Shown: piece after piece, positions 28,122 through 38,103 of the stretch
Layout: every line of letters starts with the position of its first letter
Numbering within the stretch: the first letter of the stretch is position 1
Sequence record: SRR20825019_968
Reading direction: 5' to 3' (one strand)
Length of the DNA stretch: 64,000 nt
Notes under the pieces: model-generated
Databases searched by the model: none
What the model saw: only the letters and a program-made list of their open reading frames with translations
Told to the model about the DNA's origin: nothing
Made by a program: the position numbers and the translations under genes

Positions 28122-29558
28122 ATGGAATGGAATTATTCACCGTCACCAGAAAGCACAGGTCATATCGCTTTAAAAGAGAGTTATGATTTATACATTGACG
28201 GAAAATGGACGAAACCCGGCTCGAAGAAGTATTTCGAAACTGTAAACCCAGCCAATCAAAAAGTATTGGCAAAGGTGGCGCACGCAAACGAAGCCGATGT
28301 CGACAAAGCTGTTAAGGCGGCAAGGAAAGCATACACGGAAGTTTGGTCAAAAATGAAGCCAAGCGAACGAGCGAAATATATTTATCGCATTGCCCGATTG
28401 ATGCAGGAACGCGCGCGTGAATTCGCTGTCATTGAATCTTTAGACTCTGGTAAAACCATTCGTGAGTCTCGAGATGTGGATGTGCCTTTGGCATGCAATC
28501 ATTTCTTTTATTACGCCGGTTGGGCGGATAAATTGGAGTACGCATTTCCAAATAGAAAAGTAGAATCGTTGGGAGTTGCTGGACAGATTATTCCTTGGAA
28601 CTTCCCGTTGTTGATGGCCGCATGGAAAATTGCTCCAGCGTTAGCGACAGGAAACACAGTAGTGCTAAAACCTGCGGAAACAACACCGCTTACGGCGCTT
28701 AAATTAGCTGAAATCATTCACGATTCAGGATTACCTCCAGGGGTGGTGAATATTGTAACTGGATATGGAGATACGGGTGCAGCAATTGTAAATCATGCTG
28801 ACGTGGATAAAATTGCGTTTACAGGATCAACGAATGTTGGAAAGATCATTCAAAAAGCAATTTCCGGGACAAACAAAAGGGTAACGCTAGAACTAGGAGG
28901 AAAGTCTGCGAACATTATAATGGATGACGCTCCGTTGGATCAAGCGGTGGAAGGAATCATTAATGGGATCTTTTTCAATCAAGGTCATGTTTGCTGTGCG
29001 GGATCTAGGCTCTTTGTTCAGGAAGGTGTTGCCGATACCGTAATTGCGAAACTAAAACACCGTATGAATTCACTTATTGTTGGAGATCCAATGGATAAGA
29101 ACACGGATATTGGTGCAATTAATTCTAAAGAACAATTAGACACCATTAATAAGTACATAAAGATAGGGAAGGATGAAGGTGCTGAAATGTATCAACCGAA
29201 GTGCTCAATACCCAAAGGTGGATTCTACTGCGCGCCAACACTTTTCATCAATGTAGCACAATCAAACAGAATTGTACAAGAGGAAATTTTCGGACCTGTG
29301 TTGACGATTCAAACGTTCAGGACGGTGGATGAAGTAATTCAAAAAGCAAACAATACACCTTATGGATTAGCTGCGGGTGTTTGGACAGATAAAGGATCGC
29401 GCATTTTTAATCTTACAACCAAGTTAAGAGCGGGCGTTGTTTGGGCAAATAGCTATAATAAGTTTGATCCAACTTCTCCATTTGGAGGATATAAAGAAAG
29501 TGGTTTCGGACGTGAAGGTGGACTTCATGGTTTGGAGGCGTATGTTAAATTGAAATAA
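28122..29558 (+). CDS. Aldehyde dehydrogenase (full length)
   Basis: IIPWNFP, FTGST, LELGGKS, catalytic GHVCCAG and EEIFGPV. Confidence 0.95.
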   Translation: MEWNYSPSPESTGHIALKESYDLYIDGKWTKPGSKKYFETVNPANQKVLAKVAHANEADVDKAVKAARKAYTEVWSKMKPSERAKYIYRIARLMQERAREFAVIESLDSGKTIRESRDVDVPLACNHFFYYAGWADKLEYAFPNRKVESLGVAGQIIPWNFPLLMAAWKIAPALATGNTVVLKPAETTPLTALKLAEIIHDSGLPPGVVNIVTGYGDTGAAIVNHADVDKIAFTGSTNVGKIIQKAISGTNKRVTLELGGKSANIIMDDAPLDQAVEGIINGIFFNQGHVCCAGSRLFVQEGVADTVIAKLKHRMNSLIVGDPMDKNTDIGAINSKEQLDTINKYIKIGKDEGAEMYQPKCSIPKGGFYCAPTLFINVAQSNRIVQEEIFGPVLTIQTFRTVDEVIQKANNTPYGLAAGVWTDKGSRIFNLTTKLRAGVVWANSYNKFDPTSPFGGYKESGFGREGGLHGLEAYVKLK

Positions 29559-29561
29559 GTT

Positions 29562-30443
29562 ATGGAACGTTTGGAAGTCTTGAAGACATATAAAATTTAC
29601 ATTGGAGGTCAATTTCCACGCACAGAATCTGGAAGATATTACATTCCGATGAATTCAAAAGGTCAGCAGCTCGGAAATATCTGTTTGTCGTCGCGAAAGG
29701 ATATTAGAAACGCAGTGGTCGCGGCAAGAAAGGCGTTTGGAGGATGGTCTGAACGACCAGCTTTTAATAGAGCACAGATTCTGTATCGAATTGCAGAAAT
29801 GCTTGAAGGAAGAAAATCTCAGTTTATTGAGGAGTTAATTTTACAGGGATCTACAAAAGCGCAAGCACAGAAGGAAGTTGAGCTCTCGATCGATCGATTG
29901 ATTTATTATGCGGGTTGGTGCGACAAGTACACACAAGTATTGAGCTCAGTAAATCCTGTTGCTTCAAGTCATTTTAATTTCTCAGTTCACGAGCCAACAG
30001 GAGTTGTTGGTGTTCTTGCTGATCAGGAGAGTTCATTGATTGGATTGGTTTCATTGATCGCTCCGATAATTGCTGGCGGAAATACAGTGATTGTTATCGC
30101 GTCAGAAGCATTGCCTTTATGCGCAGTAACCTTAGCTGAAGTAATTCATTCATCGGACGTTCCAGGTGGCGTTGTGAATATTCTGACTGGTTCGCAGGAA
30201 GAAATGGCGAAACCGCTTTGCGAGCACATGGATGTAAACGCGATTTTCTACGCAGGAACTGATTTAGGACGAATTACGCAGCTTAAAGAAAGTACAGCGC
30301 TAAACATGAAGCGAATCAGGATTTATGATCGTGATTGGATGAAGGAAGACGCGCAAGATTTATACTTGATTTCCGATAGTCAGGAACTAAAAACGACTTG
30401 GCATCCGATAGAGAATATTGGCGGAGCGACATCTTCTTATTAG
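29562..30443 (+). CDS. Short aldehyde dehydrogenase-family protein lacking the catalytic domain
   Basis: ALDH N-domain (KTYKIYIGGQFPRTESGR, GVVNILTG); no ELGGK and no catalytic Cys motif. Confidence 0.85.
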   Translation: MERLEVLKTYKIYIGGQFPRTESGRYYIPMNSKGQQLGNICLSSRKDIRNAVVAARKAFGGWSERPAFNRAQILYRIAEMLEGRKSQFIEELILQGSTKAQAQKEVELSIDRLIYYAGWCDKYTQVLSSVNPVASSHFNFSVHEPTGVVGVLADQESSLIGLVSLIAPIIAGGNTVIVIASEALPLCAVTLAEVIHSSDVPGGVVNILTGSQEEMAKPLCEHMDVNAIFYAGTDLGRITQLKESTALNMKRIRIYDRDWMKEDAQDLYLISDSQELKTTWHPIENIGGATSSY

Positions 30444-30458
30444 AAAAAGACATTAAAC

Positions 30459-30487
30459 AAAAAAGGCTGCAATTCGCAGCCTTTTTT
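30459..30487. terminator. Bidirectional intrinsic terminator
   Basis: AAAAAAGGCTGC-AATTC-GCAGCCTTTTTT between convergent genes. Confidence 0.88.
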
Positions 30488-30488
30488 G

Positions 30489-31100
30489 TTATTGATAAAT
30501 GATTCCTGAACCTCGGTTTCCCACATTGTAGAGAATTCCTTTGGTTCCATATTTTTTCTTTTTTCGTTTCAATCGTCTTGCAAGCTTTTCAATGTCCTCA
30601 TCAATAGAAGAATCAATTACACCATAAGTTGACCCAGCGACTACAGAGCCAGAGCGAGCTCTTTTACTATTTACCATGTCGTATGAATTAACAGGCTCAC
30701 AGAAAGCATAGAGGTCCATTCCATACATTTGCTTTACTTCGGCCATTCCACGGTTTTCTTCTCCCGTATAGGCAATTCCAACAGCACCTTTACCTCCAGA
30801 GTATATAATGGCGTCTACATGAACGCTGTCCTTTTCTGCTTGACGCAAAATCTGGTTTACATACTTGTTTACTTTATCTGCGGCTGTTTCACGAATGACT
30901 CCGCCAGTTGCAATGGTGGAGACATTAATGTTTGCCAAACTAAATGTATTCATTCGAACAACGATTTCGTATTTCGCCATAGGTGTGTTCATTACATAGA
31001 CATCGAGTCCTTGGAAATTTTCAACGCGTGCTTGACTACGTTGAGCGTTTAGCGCAGACAGGCTGCAAAGAAAGACAAAAAGGGTAATGATTTTTTTCAT
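30489..31100 (-). CDS. Secreted hypothetical protein with an internal two-fold repeat
   Basis: Signal peptide ending ALNAQ; two similar ~90-aa halves. Confidence 0.75.
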   Translation of the reverse strand: MKKIITLFVFLCSLSALNAQRSQARVENFQGLDVYVMNTPMAKYEIVVRMNTFSLANINVSTIATGGVIRETAADKVNKYVNQILRQAEKDSVHVDAIIYSGGKGAVGIAYTGEENRGMAEVKQMYGMDLYAFCEPVNSYDMVNSKRARSGSVVAGSTYGVIDSSIDEDIEKLARRLKRKKKKYGTKGILYNVGNRGSGIIYQ

Positions 31101-31134
31101 ATTAAATGGGTTTGAGATTACAAAGTGTATTGAA

Positions 31135-31150
31135 CTAAAAATCGTGCCAA
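31135..31150 (-). promoter_or_regulatory. Possible sigma54 (-24/-12) promoter
   Basis: TTGGCACGATTTTTAG; perfect -24 element, degenerate -12. Confidence 0.45.
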
Positions 31151-31169
31151 ATGATCAGTAATCAAGGAC

Positions 31170-31201
31170 AAAAAAAAAGCCTGATTAAATAATCAGGCTT
31201 T
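31170..31201 (-). terminator. Intrinsic terminator after tonB
   Basis: A-run then AAAGCCTGATTA-AA-TAATCAGGCTTT. Confidence 0.85.
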
Positions 31202-31222
31202 CAAATATTGTATGGATTCAGA

Positions 31223-31888
31223 TTAATCTAATACGAATCGAATAGGTAAACTACATCTCGTTTTTACAGCTTTCCCTTGGTTCTCCGCTGGAGTCCAGTT
31301 AGGCATTTTACGAATTACTCGTTTTGCTTCTTTATCCAAGTCTTCACTTACTCCACGAGAAATTTTAATGTCGCTAATTGATCCATCTCCTTCAACAATA
31401 AAGGAAACATAAACCAATCCTTGATCACCCATTTCACGAGCTACTTGAGGATATTCTACATTTTTGGAAATCCATAATTGCATTGCTGCTGCTCCTCCTG
31501 GGAAAAGTGCATCTTTATCAGGGAACTCAACGAATTCAACTGGGACAATTACGTTTTCTTTCTTAGACGGAGGTAATGGTGGTGGTGGAGCTGGAATTTC
31601 TACAATTGGCTCTTTTTCCTCATTCTTCTTTTCAATGATTTCATCATCGATAGGCGGCTCTGCATCTACAGCTGGAGGAGGAGTGTCTGCAGGAGGCGGA
31701 GCAACTACTTCTTCCTCAAATTTAATTTGAGAAGTTACTTTCGTCTTATCTTCCGTTTCGTTATCCCCTTCAGTTGTGGTGTACGAAAAGGATGCAAGTA
31801 CAAGACCACCTACAAAAAGGAGACCCATTAGCGTAATTGGAATACGCAGCTTTTCAATGTTTGCGTCGTTGCTTTTCTTCAATTCCAT
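31223..31888 (-). CDS. tonB: Energy transducer TonB
   Basis: N-terminal TM, Pro-rich linker, FPGG..YP..A..G.V.VSFIV and WTPA TonB_C domain. Confidence 0.9.
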   Translation of the reverse strand: MELKKSNDANIEKLRIPITLMGLLFVGGLVLASFSYTTTEGDNETEDKTKVTSQIKFEEEVVAPPPADTPPPAVDAEPPIDDEIIEKKNEEKEPIVEIPAPPPPLPPSKKENVIVPVEFVEFPDKDALFPGGAAAMQLWISKNVEYPQVAREMGDQGLVYVSFIVEGDGSISDIKISRGVSEDLDKEAKRVIRKMPNWTPAENQGKAVKTRCSLPIRFVLD

Positions 31889-31949
31889 GTCGTATGCATT
31901 TAAGATGTAAATATATTAAAAAAAATGTCAAAACAATTATACCAAAGAG

Positions 31950-32327
31950 TCAATAACAACTACGGTATACTAGTTTGAATGTTAGAATACCAAATCCCAT
32001 GCCAATTAAGTTGAAAAAGATGCTCCAAAAGCAAATTGTTCGTTGGAATCCAGCATAATATAATCCTAATTCTGCAAAAACTGCCAAAAGCGTAGTACTT
32101 GCAACTATTATGGTAAATGCGTTACGTTTTACAAAGTCACGCTTTATTTCCTTTTTGCAAGCTCCTAACCAGATGTGAGTAAATCCCCAAAAGAGAAATA
32201 CATTGATCAATGACCTTAAAGGGATTGTGTCCAGAATTAATAACTCAAACTCATGTCTACGAGAAGTGAATATTAAGCACATCATGGCTGTCCAGATGAT
32301 CCCGGGAATAAAGTGTCGAAACCGCAC
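31950..32327 (-). CDS. VanZ-like membrane protein (divergent)
   Basis: Four hydrophobic segments; position between gcvH and tonB; NLIG motif. Confidence 0.55.
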   Translation of the reverse strand: MRFRHFIPGIIWTAMMCLIFTSRRHEFELLILDTIPLRSLINVFLFWGFTHIWLGACKKEIKRDFVKRNAFTIIVASTTLLAVFAELGLYYAGFQRTICFWSIFFNLIGMGFGILTFKLVYRSCY

Positions 32328-32335
32328 TTGAAGAA

Positions 32336-32713
32336 TTACCCGATTAATTCGGCGTATGCCGCAGAGTCAAGTAATGCGTCTAATTCACTTACATCACTCA
32401 TTTTGATTTTGATCATCCAACCTTCACCAAATGGATCAGAATTCACAGTTTCAGGAGAAGTTTCTAATGCACTATTGAAAGAAATGATCTCCCCAGAAAG
32501 CGGCATAAATAAGTCAGAAACAGTTTTTACCGCTTCAACAGAACCGAAAACTTCTTCATTATTTAATGTTTCACCTTCAGTTTCAATTTCTACATAAACG
32601 ATGTCTCCCAACTCACTTTGAGCAAATTCAGTGATTCCTACCGTAGCAACGTCACCTTCAACGCTTACCCATTCGTGATCTTTCGTGTATTTTAAATTTT
32701 CAGGAATATTCAT
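32336..32713 (-). CDS. gcvH: Glycine cleavage system H protein
   Basis: YTKDHEW, lipoyl motif VEAVKTVSD and DPFGEGW. Confidence 0.97.
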   Translation of the reverse strand: MNIPENLKYTKDHEWVSVEGDVATVGITEFAQSELGDIVYVEIETEGETLNNEEVFGSVEAVKTVSDLFMPLSGEIISFNSALETSPETVNSDPFGEGWMIKIKMSDVSELDALLDSAAYAELIG

Positions 32714-32822
32714 TTCTTGTTTAGTTTTGGGCAAATTTAAAATATTTCCGTGGGTTGTACGACCTGATCGGCAATAATAATTGTAAACAATTCTCTTATC
32801 TTTTTAACTAATTTTGTGTGGT

Positions 32823-33908
32823 ATGATAAATCAAGATCAGCTTAAGGAACTTCGAGAACGAATTGATAAAATCAGTCTTTACCTAAAGATTGATGAAAAA
32901 AGAATGGAACTCAACGAAGAAGAGTTGAAAACACAAGATCCAGATTTTTGGAACGATTCGAAGAAAGCGGAGGCTCAGATGAAGGAAATCAGAGGGTTAA
33001 AGTTTTGGATTGATTCATACGAACAGTTGAATACGCTTTTTGGTGATGTAGAAGTAATGCTTGAATTTGTAAAGGAAGGCGAAGCTGATGAAGCCGAACT
33101 AGATGAACAAGCTACTGAACTTGCACAAAAGGTGGAAGAGTTAGAATTGAAAAACATGCTTTCTGGTGAGGAAGACGGTCTTTCTGCAGTTCTTCAAATT
33201 ACGGCAGGTGCAGGAGGAACGGAAAGTTGTGATTGGGCCGCAATGCTCATGAGGATGTATACCATGTGGGGACAAAAAAGCGGTTACAAAATTCGAGAGC
33301 TGAATTATCAAGATGGTGATGTTGCCGGTGTGAAAACGGTTACCATAGAATTTGAAGGTGATTTTGCATTTGGTTACCTGAAAGGGGAGAACGGAGTGCA
33401 TCGATTGGTGAGAATTTCTCCATTTGATTCAAATGCGAAGCGTCATACGTCTTTTGCTTCAGTATATGTTTATCCGTTGGTTGACGACTCAATTGAAATA
33501 AATATTAATCCTGCTGACATCTCTTGGGAAACATTCCGGGCTGGAGGGAAAGGTGGACAGAACGTCAACAAGGTTGAAACGGCTGTTCGTTTGAGACACG
33601 AGCCTTCTGGCATCATTATTGAAAACTCCGAAGGAAGATCTCAATTGGGAAACAAGGAAAAGGCGCTTCAGTTACTGCGATCACAGCTTTATGAGTTAGA
33701 ATATCGTGCTAAAATGGAAAAAAGAGCAGAAATAGAAGCGGATAAGAAAAAGATCGAATGGGGATCTCAAATTCGTAACTATGTAATGCATCCATATAAA
33801 TTGATCAAGGATGTTCGAACGGGGCACGAAACTGGAAACGTGGATGCTGTGATGGATGGTGGGCTGAATGAGTTTTTGAAAGCGTATTTAATGACCTATG
33901 GTAACTAA
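32823..33908 (+). CDS. prfB: Peptide chain release factor 2 (continuous ORF)
   Basis: SPF tripeptide, GGQ motif and WGSQIRNY; no internal stop. Confidence 0.97.
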   Translation: MINQDQLKELRERIDKISLYLKIDEKRMELNEEELKTQDPDFWNDSKKAEAQMKEIRGLKFWIDSYEQLNTLFGDVEVMLEFVKEGEADEAELDEQATELAQKVEELELKNMLSGEEDGLSAVLQITAGAGGTESCDWAAMLMRMYTMWGQKSGYKIRELNYQDGDVAGVKTVTIEFEGDFAFGYLKGENGVHRLVRISPFDSNAKRHTSFASVYVYPLVDDSIEININPADISWETFRAGGKGGQNVNKVETAVRLRHEPSGIIIENSEGRSQLGNKEKALQLLRSQLYELEYRAKMEKRAEIEADKKKIEWGSQIRNYVMHPYKLIKDVRTGHETGNVDAVMDGGLNEFLKAYLMTYGN

Positions 33909-34085
33909 ACTATAGATGTAACGTTATCAGGGAACAGTGGATTTATTTGGCTGAATTCGGTGCGGAAAATACTAGTTTTTCATTGAAAATGATCTTACAT
34001 ATCTCCGATTAGCGGGATTTGGTTATATTTGCACCCGCTTTTACGCATTTTGATTGCGTTTTATAGGCGAAAACACAACAAAAGA

Positions 34086-34478
34086 ATGAAATTGCAATCC
34101 ATTTATTTAAGAACTGAATCTCCCTTCTCTAATTATATAAAGGAATGGGCTTCTCAAGCGGGTATTGAGACGCTTTCTTATGATTTTAAGCCAGGTGAAG
34201 ACCAAGCACCAGACGGTTTGCTCTTGATTAACGAAAATCAAGATATTAGAAGAGATATTGATGAAATTCATTCGTATTTTGATAAGAAACATATCCCAAC
34301 GCAAAAAATTGACGTTAATGGAACGCTTCAAGTAGCAATAAATAGCTTCAAGATGTGGTCAAACGCCAATAAGTGTACGCGAATTTTGTTTCTCGGTTCT
34401 GACGATGTTATCAAGAACGATAACTTACCAAAGTTTTTGTCGAGCGTAGCTGGACCTTCTATCTCATCGGCATTTTAG
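34086..34478 (+). CDS. Hypothetical cytoplasmic alpha/beta protein
   Basis: ATG at 34086 after a TATATTTG promoter (34024-34031); protein-like composition. Confidence 0.65.
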   Translation: MKLQSIYLRTESPFSNYIKEWASQAGIETLSYDFKPGEDQAPDGLLLINENQDIRRDIDEIHSYFDKKHIPTQKIDVNGTLQVAINSFKMWSNANKCTRILFLGSDDVIKNDNLPKFLSSVAGPSISSAF

Positions 34479-34875
34479 AATCCTCACTGGTTTCGAATTC
34501 TTTGTCAACGGGTTCCCAAAGTTCTATTCTATTTCCTTCGGGATCTTCAATGTGAAGAAACTTTCCGTAACTATACTCTTCGATTTCGTCTACGATTTTA
34601 ACGGAATTGTTTTCTAGTGCGACTTTAAACTCCACAAGATTTTCTACGCGAAAATTGAGCATTGCGCTTTGGGAATCACTCCCGAAGTAATCCGTTGTTG
34701 ATTCAAATGTTCCAAGTTGTAAGTATCCTTTGGTGGAAGATGTGTCGCCATTAAACTCAAATAACACGCCATAATCATTGGTTTGCATTCCAAGAACGCT
34801 CGAGTACCAATCGCGCATGGCTGTTGGATCGTTAAACTTTAAGAAAACACCGCCTAGTCCAATTATTCCTGCCAT
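34459..34875 (-). CDS. VOC/glyoxalase family protein
   Basis: GLGGVFLK, LNFRVEN and DPEGNRIELWEP. Confidence 0.9.
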   Translation of the reverse strand: MAGIIGLGGVFLKFNDPTAMRDWYSSVLGMQTNDYGVLFEFNGDTSSTKGYLQLGTFESTTDYFGSDSQSAMLNFRVENLVEFKVALENNSVKIVDEIEEYSYGKFLHIEDPEGNRIELWEPVDKEFETSEDSKMPMR

Positions 34876-34905
34876 TGTTCGTTTTTTTTGAGGCAAGATA
34901 CTATT

Positions 34906-36159
34906 TTATTTTACTGACTGCTCAACTTCTGCAAGCTCTTCTTCTTGAATCATCAGGTGTTCTAACTCAACTTCATTCATGTAGAGATCTTCGATTTTTT
35001 CTCTCTTTCTGATCAAATAGTCTTTTCCTCCTTGAATGAGGACTTCGGCAGGTCTGAGTCGTGCGTTGTATTGATTACTCATCGAGAAGCCGTAAGCACC
35101 TGCATTTGAAATCGCGAGTAAATCTCCTTCTCTCACTTCACTCAGCATTCTATCGTAGCCAAATGTGTCGCTTTCGCAAATGTTTCCGACAATTGAATAC
35201 AGCTTTTTCTCACCGTCGGGATTTGAAATATTTGTGATTTCATGATAGGCGTTGTAAAACATTGGGCGAAGTAAATGATTCTGTCCGCTATTCACTCCTA
35301 CAAATACCGTTGAAGTGGTCTGCTTCACAACATTCACCGAAACGATCAATTTTCCAGCTTCGCTAACAATGTATTTTCCTGGTTCGAACCAAAGTTCTAG
35401 GTCACGACCGTAAGTGGTACAGAAATCTTGGAATGAAGCAGTGATTTTCTTTCCAATTCTGTTAATGTCGGTAAACATGTCACCGTCCTTGTACGCAATT
35501 TTAAATCCACTTCCGAAGTCGAGAAATTTCAGTTCTTTAAAATGTTCTGCTGCCTGATAAAGTAGTTCTGCACCTCTTAAAAATACGTCAGCATCAATAA
35601 TATCGCTTCCCGTGTGCATGTGAAGCCCAATAATATGCATCCCATAGTTTTCCGCAATTCTGCAAACATGACGCAATTGATGAATCGAGATCCCAAATTT
35701 TGAATCGATGTGCCCAACTGAAATGTTCGAATTTCCGCCCGCCATAATGTGTGGGTTGATTCGAACGCAGCACGGAACTGAATCACCGTATTGATTTCCT
35801 AACTTTTCGAGCATTGTCAAGTTATCAATGTTAATGTGAACACCTAGTTCTATGGCTGCCTGAATCTCGTCAAAAGCAACACAGTTAGGAGTGTACATGA
35901 TTTTATCAGGAGTGAAACCGGCGCGCAATCCTAGGTGGATTTCTTCTAGTGAAACAGCATCGAGACCAGCGCCTTCGTTTTTTAACAATCGCAGAACGTT
36001 AATGTTATTCAGCGCCTTTAACGCGTAATGCAGTTTAACATCCAACGGAGAAAATGCTTTGTGGAGTTTTCTATATTGGCTTACAATCGTTTCCGCATTG
36101 TAAACGTAAGTTGGTGTTGAATGATTCTCGGCAATTGTTATCAGCTGTTGGGGCGTCAT
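34906..36159 (-). CDS. lysA: Diaminopimelate decarboxylase
   Basis: TPTYVY, PLP lysine YALKA, SKFG, HMHTGS, EPGKY, GNICESD and GAYG. Confidence 0.95.
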   Translation of the reverse strand: MTPQQLITIAENHSTPTYVYNAETIVSQYRKLHKAFSPLDVKLHYALKALNNINVLRLLKNEGAGLDAVSLEEIHLGLRAGFTPDKIMYTPNCVAFDEIQAAIELGVHINIDNLTMLEKLGNQYGDSVPCCVRINPHIMAGGNSNISVGHIDSKFGISIHQLRHVCRIAENYGMHIIGLHMHTGSDIIDADVFLRGAELLYQAAEHFKELKFLDFGSGFKIAYKDGDMFTDINRIGKKITASFQDFCTTYGRDLELWFEPGKYIVSEAGKLIVSVNVVKQTTSTVFVGVNSGQNHLLRPMFYNAYHEITNISNPDGEKKLYSIVGNICESDTFGYDRMLSEVREGDLLAISNAGAYGFSMSNQYNARLRPAEVLIQGGKDYLIRKREKIEDLYMNEVELEHLMIQEEELAEVEQSVK

Positions 36160-36334
36160 CTTAAAAAGTTTTGGACAAAGGTCGGGTTAGTTTATTAAAA
36201 CACAAAATGTTTATTAATAAATAATATGTGAAATAAATAACAATCAGCTTAATTCAGACCACGATTGTCCTCTCAAAACCATCATTTCTATGAAATGGCA
36301 ATTTTCTTAATATCTTTACGTTCTATCAGGCAGA

Positions 36335-37156
36335 ATGAAGACCATGCGCATTTTTTTATTACTTGTTATTATTGCTTTGCCCCAGTTCGGATTTTCTCAG
36401 AGGCAGACGAATAGATCACGCTCTGAGCTCGGGTTTATGGTGGGTGGCTCTTATTATTTGGGTGACTTAAATCAATACATGCAGTTCCGAAATACGCATT
36501 TGGCTGGTGGATTGATCTATCGGTACAATGTTCATTCGCGTTTGGCTATTCGTACAACGTTCAATTACGGAGTGGTTGAAGGCGATGATGCTGACGCTCA
36601 ATTGAGTCAAAATAAGCAACGAAATCTGAATTTCACTTCTACTATTTGGGAATTGGCTTCGGGGACAGAGTTTAATTATTCGCCTTTTCAAATCGGGCAC
36701 AAACGATATAAAGGAACAGCCTATATTTTCACGCAACTTGCTTTGTTCAGAATGAATCCGAAAACCGATTTTAACGGTGACGAGGTTGAGTTGAGAGATT
36801 TGGGAACGGAAGGACAAGGTACTTCTATCACATCAAAGCGCAAATACGGACAGTATCAACTAGCGATTCCTTTGGGAATTGGAGCACGCGTAAGCATCGG
36901 AAAAAGAGCTTCATTTGGTGGTGAAATTGGAATTCGCAAAACATTCACAGATTATTTAGATGACGTAGGTTCGGATTATTACGCCGATTACGATCGTCTT
37001 CTAGCTGAAAGCGGCCCAATAGCGGCTGATCTTTCCAATCGTTCAGGATCACGCTTCGGCAGACGTGGTGATTCGGGAACAAAAGATTGGTATGTGTTTT
37101 CTGGGATTTCCCTAACATTTCGTTTAGGACAGCCAGATAAGTGCCCGTATCGCTAA
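36335..37156 (+). CDS. DUF6089 family outer-membrane beta-barrel protein
   Basis: GGSYYLGDLN, RNLNFTS, TEGQG, TFTDYLDDV and DWYVFSG. Confidence 0.8.
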   Translation: MKTMRIFLLLVIIALPQFGFSQRQTNRSRSELGFMVGGSYYLGDLNQYMQFRNTHLAGGLIYRYNVHSRLAIRTTFNYGVVEGDDADAQLSQNKQRNLNFTSTIWELASGTEFNYSPFQIGHKRYKGTAYIFTQLALFRMNPKTDFNGDEVELRDLGTEGQGTSITSKRKYGQYQLAIPLGIGARVSIGKRASFGGEIGIRKTFTDYLDDVGSDYYADYDRLLAESGPIAADLSNRSGSRFGRRGDSGTKDWYVFSGISLTFRLGQPDKCPYR

Positions 37157-37166
37157 GTCGCAAATT

Positions 37167-37934
37167 ATGAATAATTTCTTGAAAGTAACTTTATTGGGGT
37201 TTATCGTCTCCACAGTTCTCGTTGGATGTAACTCTGAGAATAAGACTCAAATTACAGAACAGAATGAAATCCAACTTGTCGATGAAGAAGTCGCGCCTGT
37301 GGTGTATGATTCAACCATGTTTATTGGGTCTGTTAAAGTGGGATTTACTTCTTTGCCTGTGCCGATTTATTATGGCTATGATACCACATATCACCATGTG
37401 GATTATGAAAAGAAGATGCTCAAAAAGTTTCCAGATTTAAGAAGAGAGGGTTTAAATCTCATTTTTCAGTCAAAGACTGGGATTCGAAAGGTGTTCAAAG
37501 ACTATCCTTATAACGAAGAGCAAACGAATTACGATCCAATCATTGAGTCCGTCGAGTATATTTTTAATGGAGAAGTGCAGAATTCTAATTGGTATCAAAT
37601 TAACGCATTCTGCTATGAGTATTGGTATGCTTTCGTTCTGAATAAAGCGAGTGGAGATACATTGAGGTTAATTGGTGATGCTTCGTTCTCGTCGCATGGA
37701 ACTTGGATGTTATCCTATAATTTTGATTTGGGAGCTGAATACACTCCAAATGGCGTTGAACTATTTCAGAAGGAGGGAAGCCGCTATCAGAAAATTGGAA
37801 TGAAATTGCTCGAGAGATGGGGTGTAACCGATGCAAAATGGATCAATGATTCGGTTGTTCGATTGCGAAAAGCGAGCTATGATAAGGATTGGAATCAAAG
37901 GTTTACGTACGTGAACATGACGATAATCGAGTAG
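37167..37934 (+). CDS. Hypothetical lipoprotein
   Basis: Lipobox LVGC; 255-aa ORF downstream of the DUF6089 gene. Confidence 0.75.
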   Translation: MNNFLKVTLLGFIVSTVLVGCNSENKTQITEQNEIQLVDEEVAPVVYDSTMFIGSVKVGFTSLPVPIYYGYDTTYHHVDYEKKMLKKFPDLRREGLNLIFQSKTGIRKVFKDYPYNEEQTNYDPIIESVEYIFNGEVQNSNWYQINAFCYEYWYAFVLNKASGDTLRLIGDASFSSHGTWMLSYNFDLGAEYTPNGVELFQKEGSRYQKIGMKLLERWGVTDAKWINDSVVRLRKASYDKDWNQRFTYVNMTIIE

Positions 37935-38055
37935 GTGTGATGAGGGAAAGGTATCTCTTGTAATGTTTTCGGTGGATACATTTGGCAGTAAGAATTGAAT
38001 TAAAGAAATCAGCTAGTTGGTCGTAAGTAAAGAGTTTCATTTGCGGGGATGGCAC

Positions 38056-38088
38056 AAAAAAAACCGACTTCATCGAAGCCGGTTTTTT
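38056..38088. terminator. Bidirectional intrinsic terminator
   Basis: A8-CCGACTTC-ATC-GAAGCCGG-T6. Confidence 0.8.
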
Positions 38089-38103
38089 AATAGTCTTTAT
38101 TTC

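Noticed and set aside
36160-36334. Lysine riboswitch upstream of lysA
   Set aside because: The spacer is very AT-rich, shared with a divergent gene, and lacks L-box motifs
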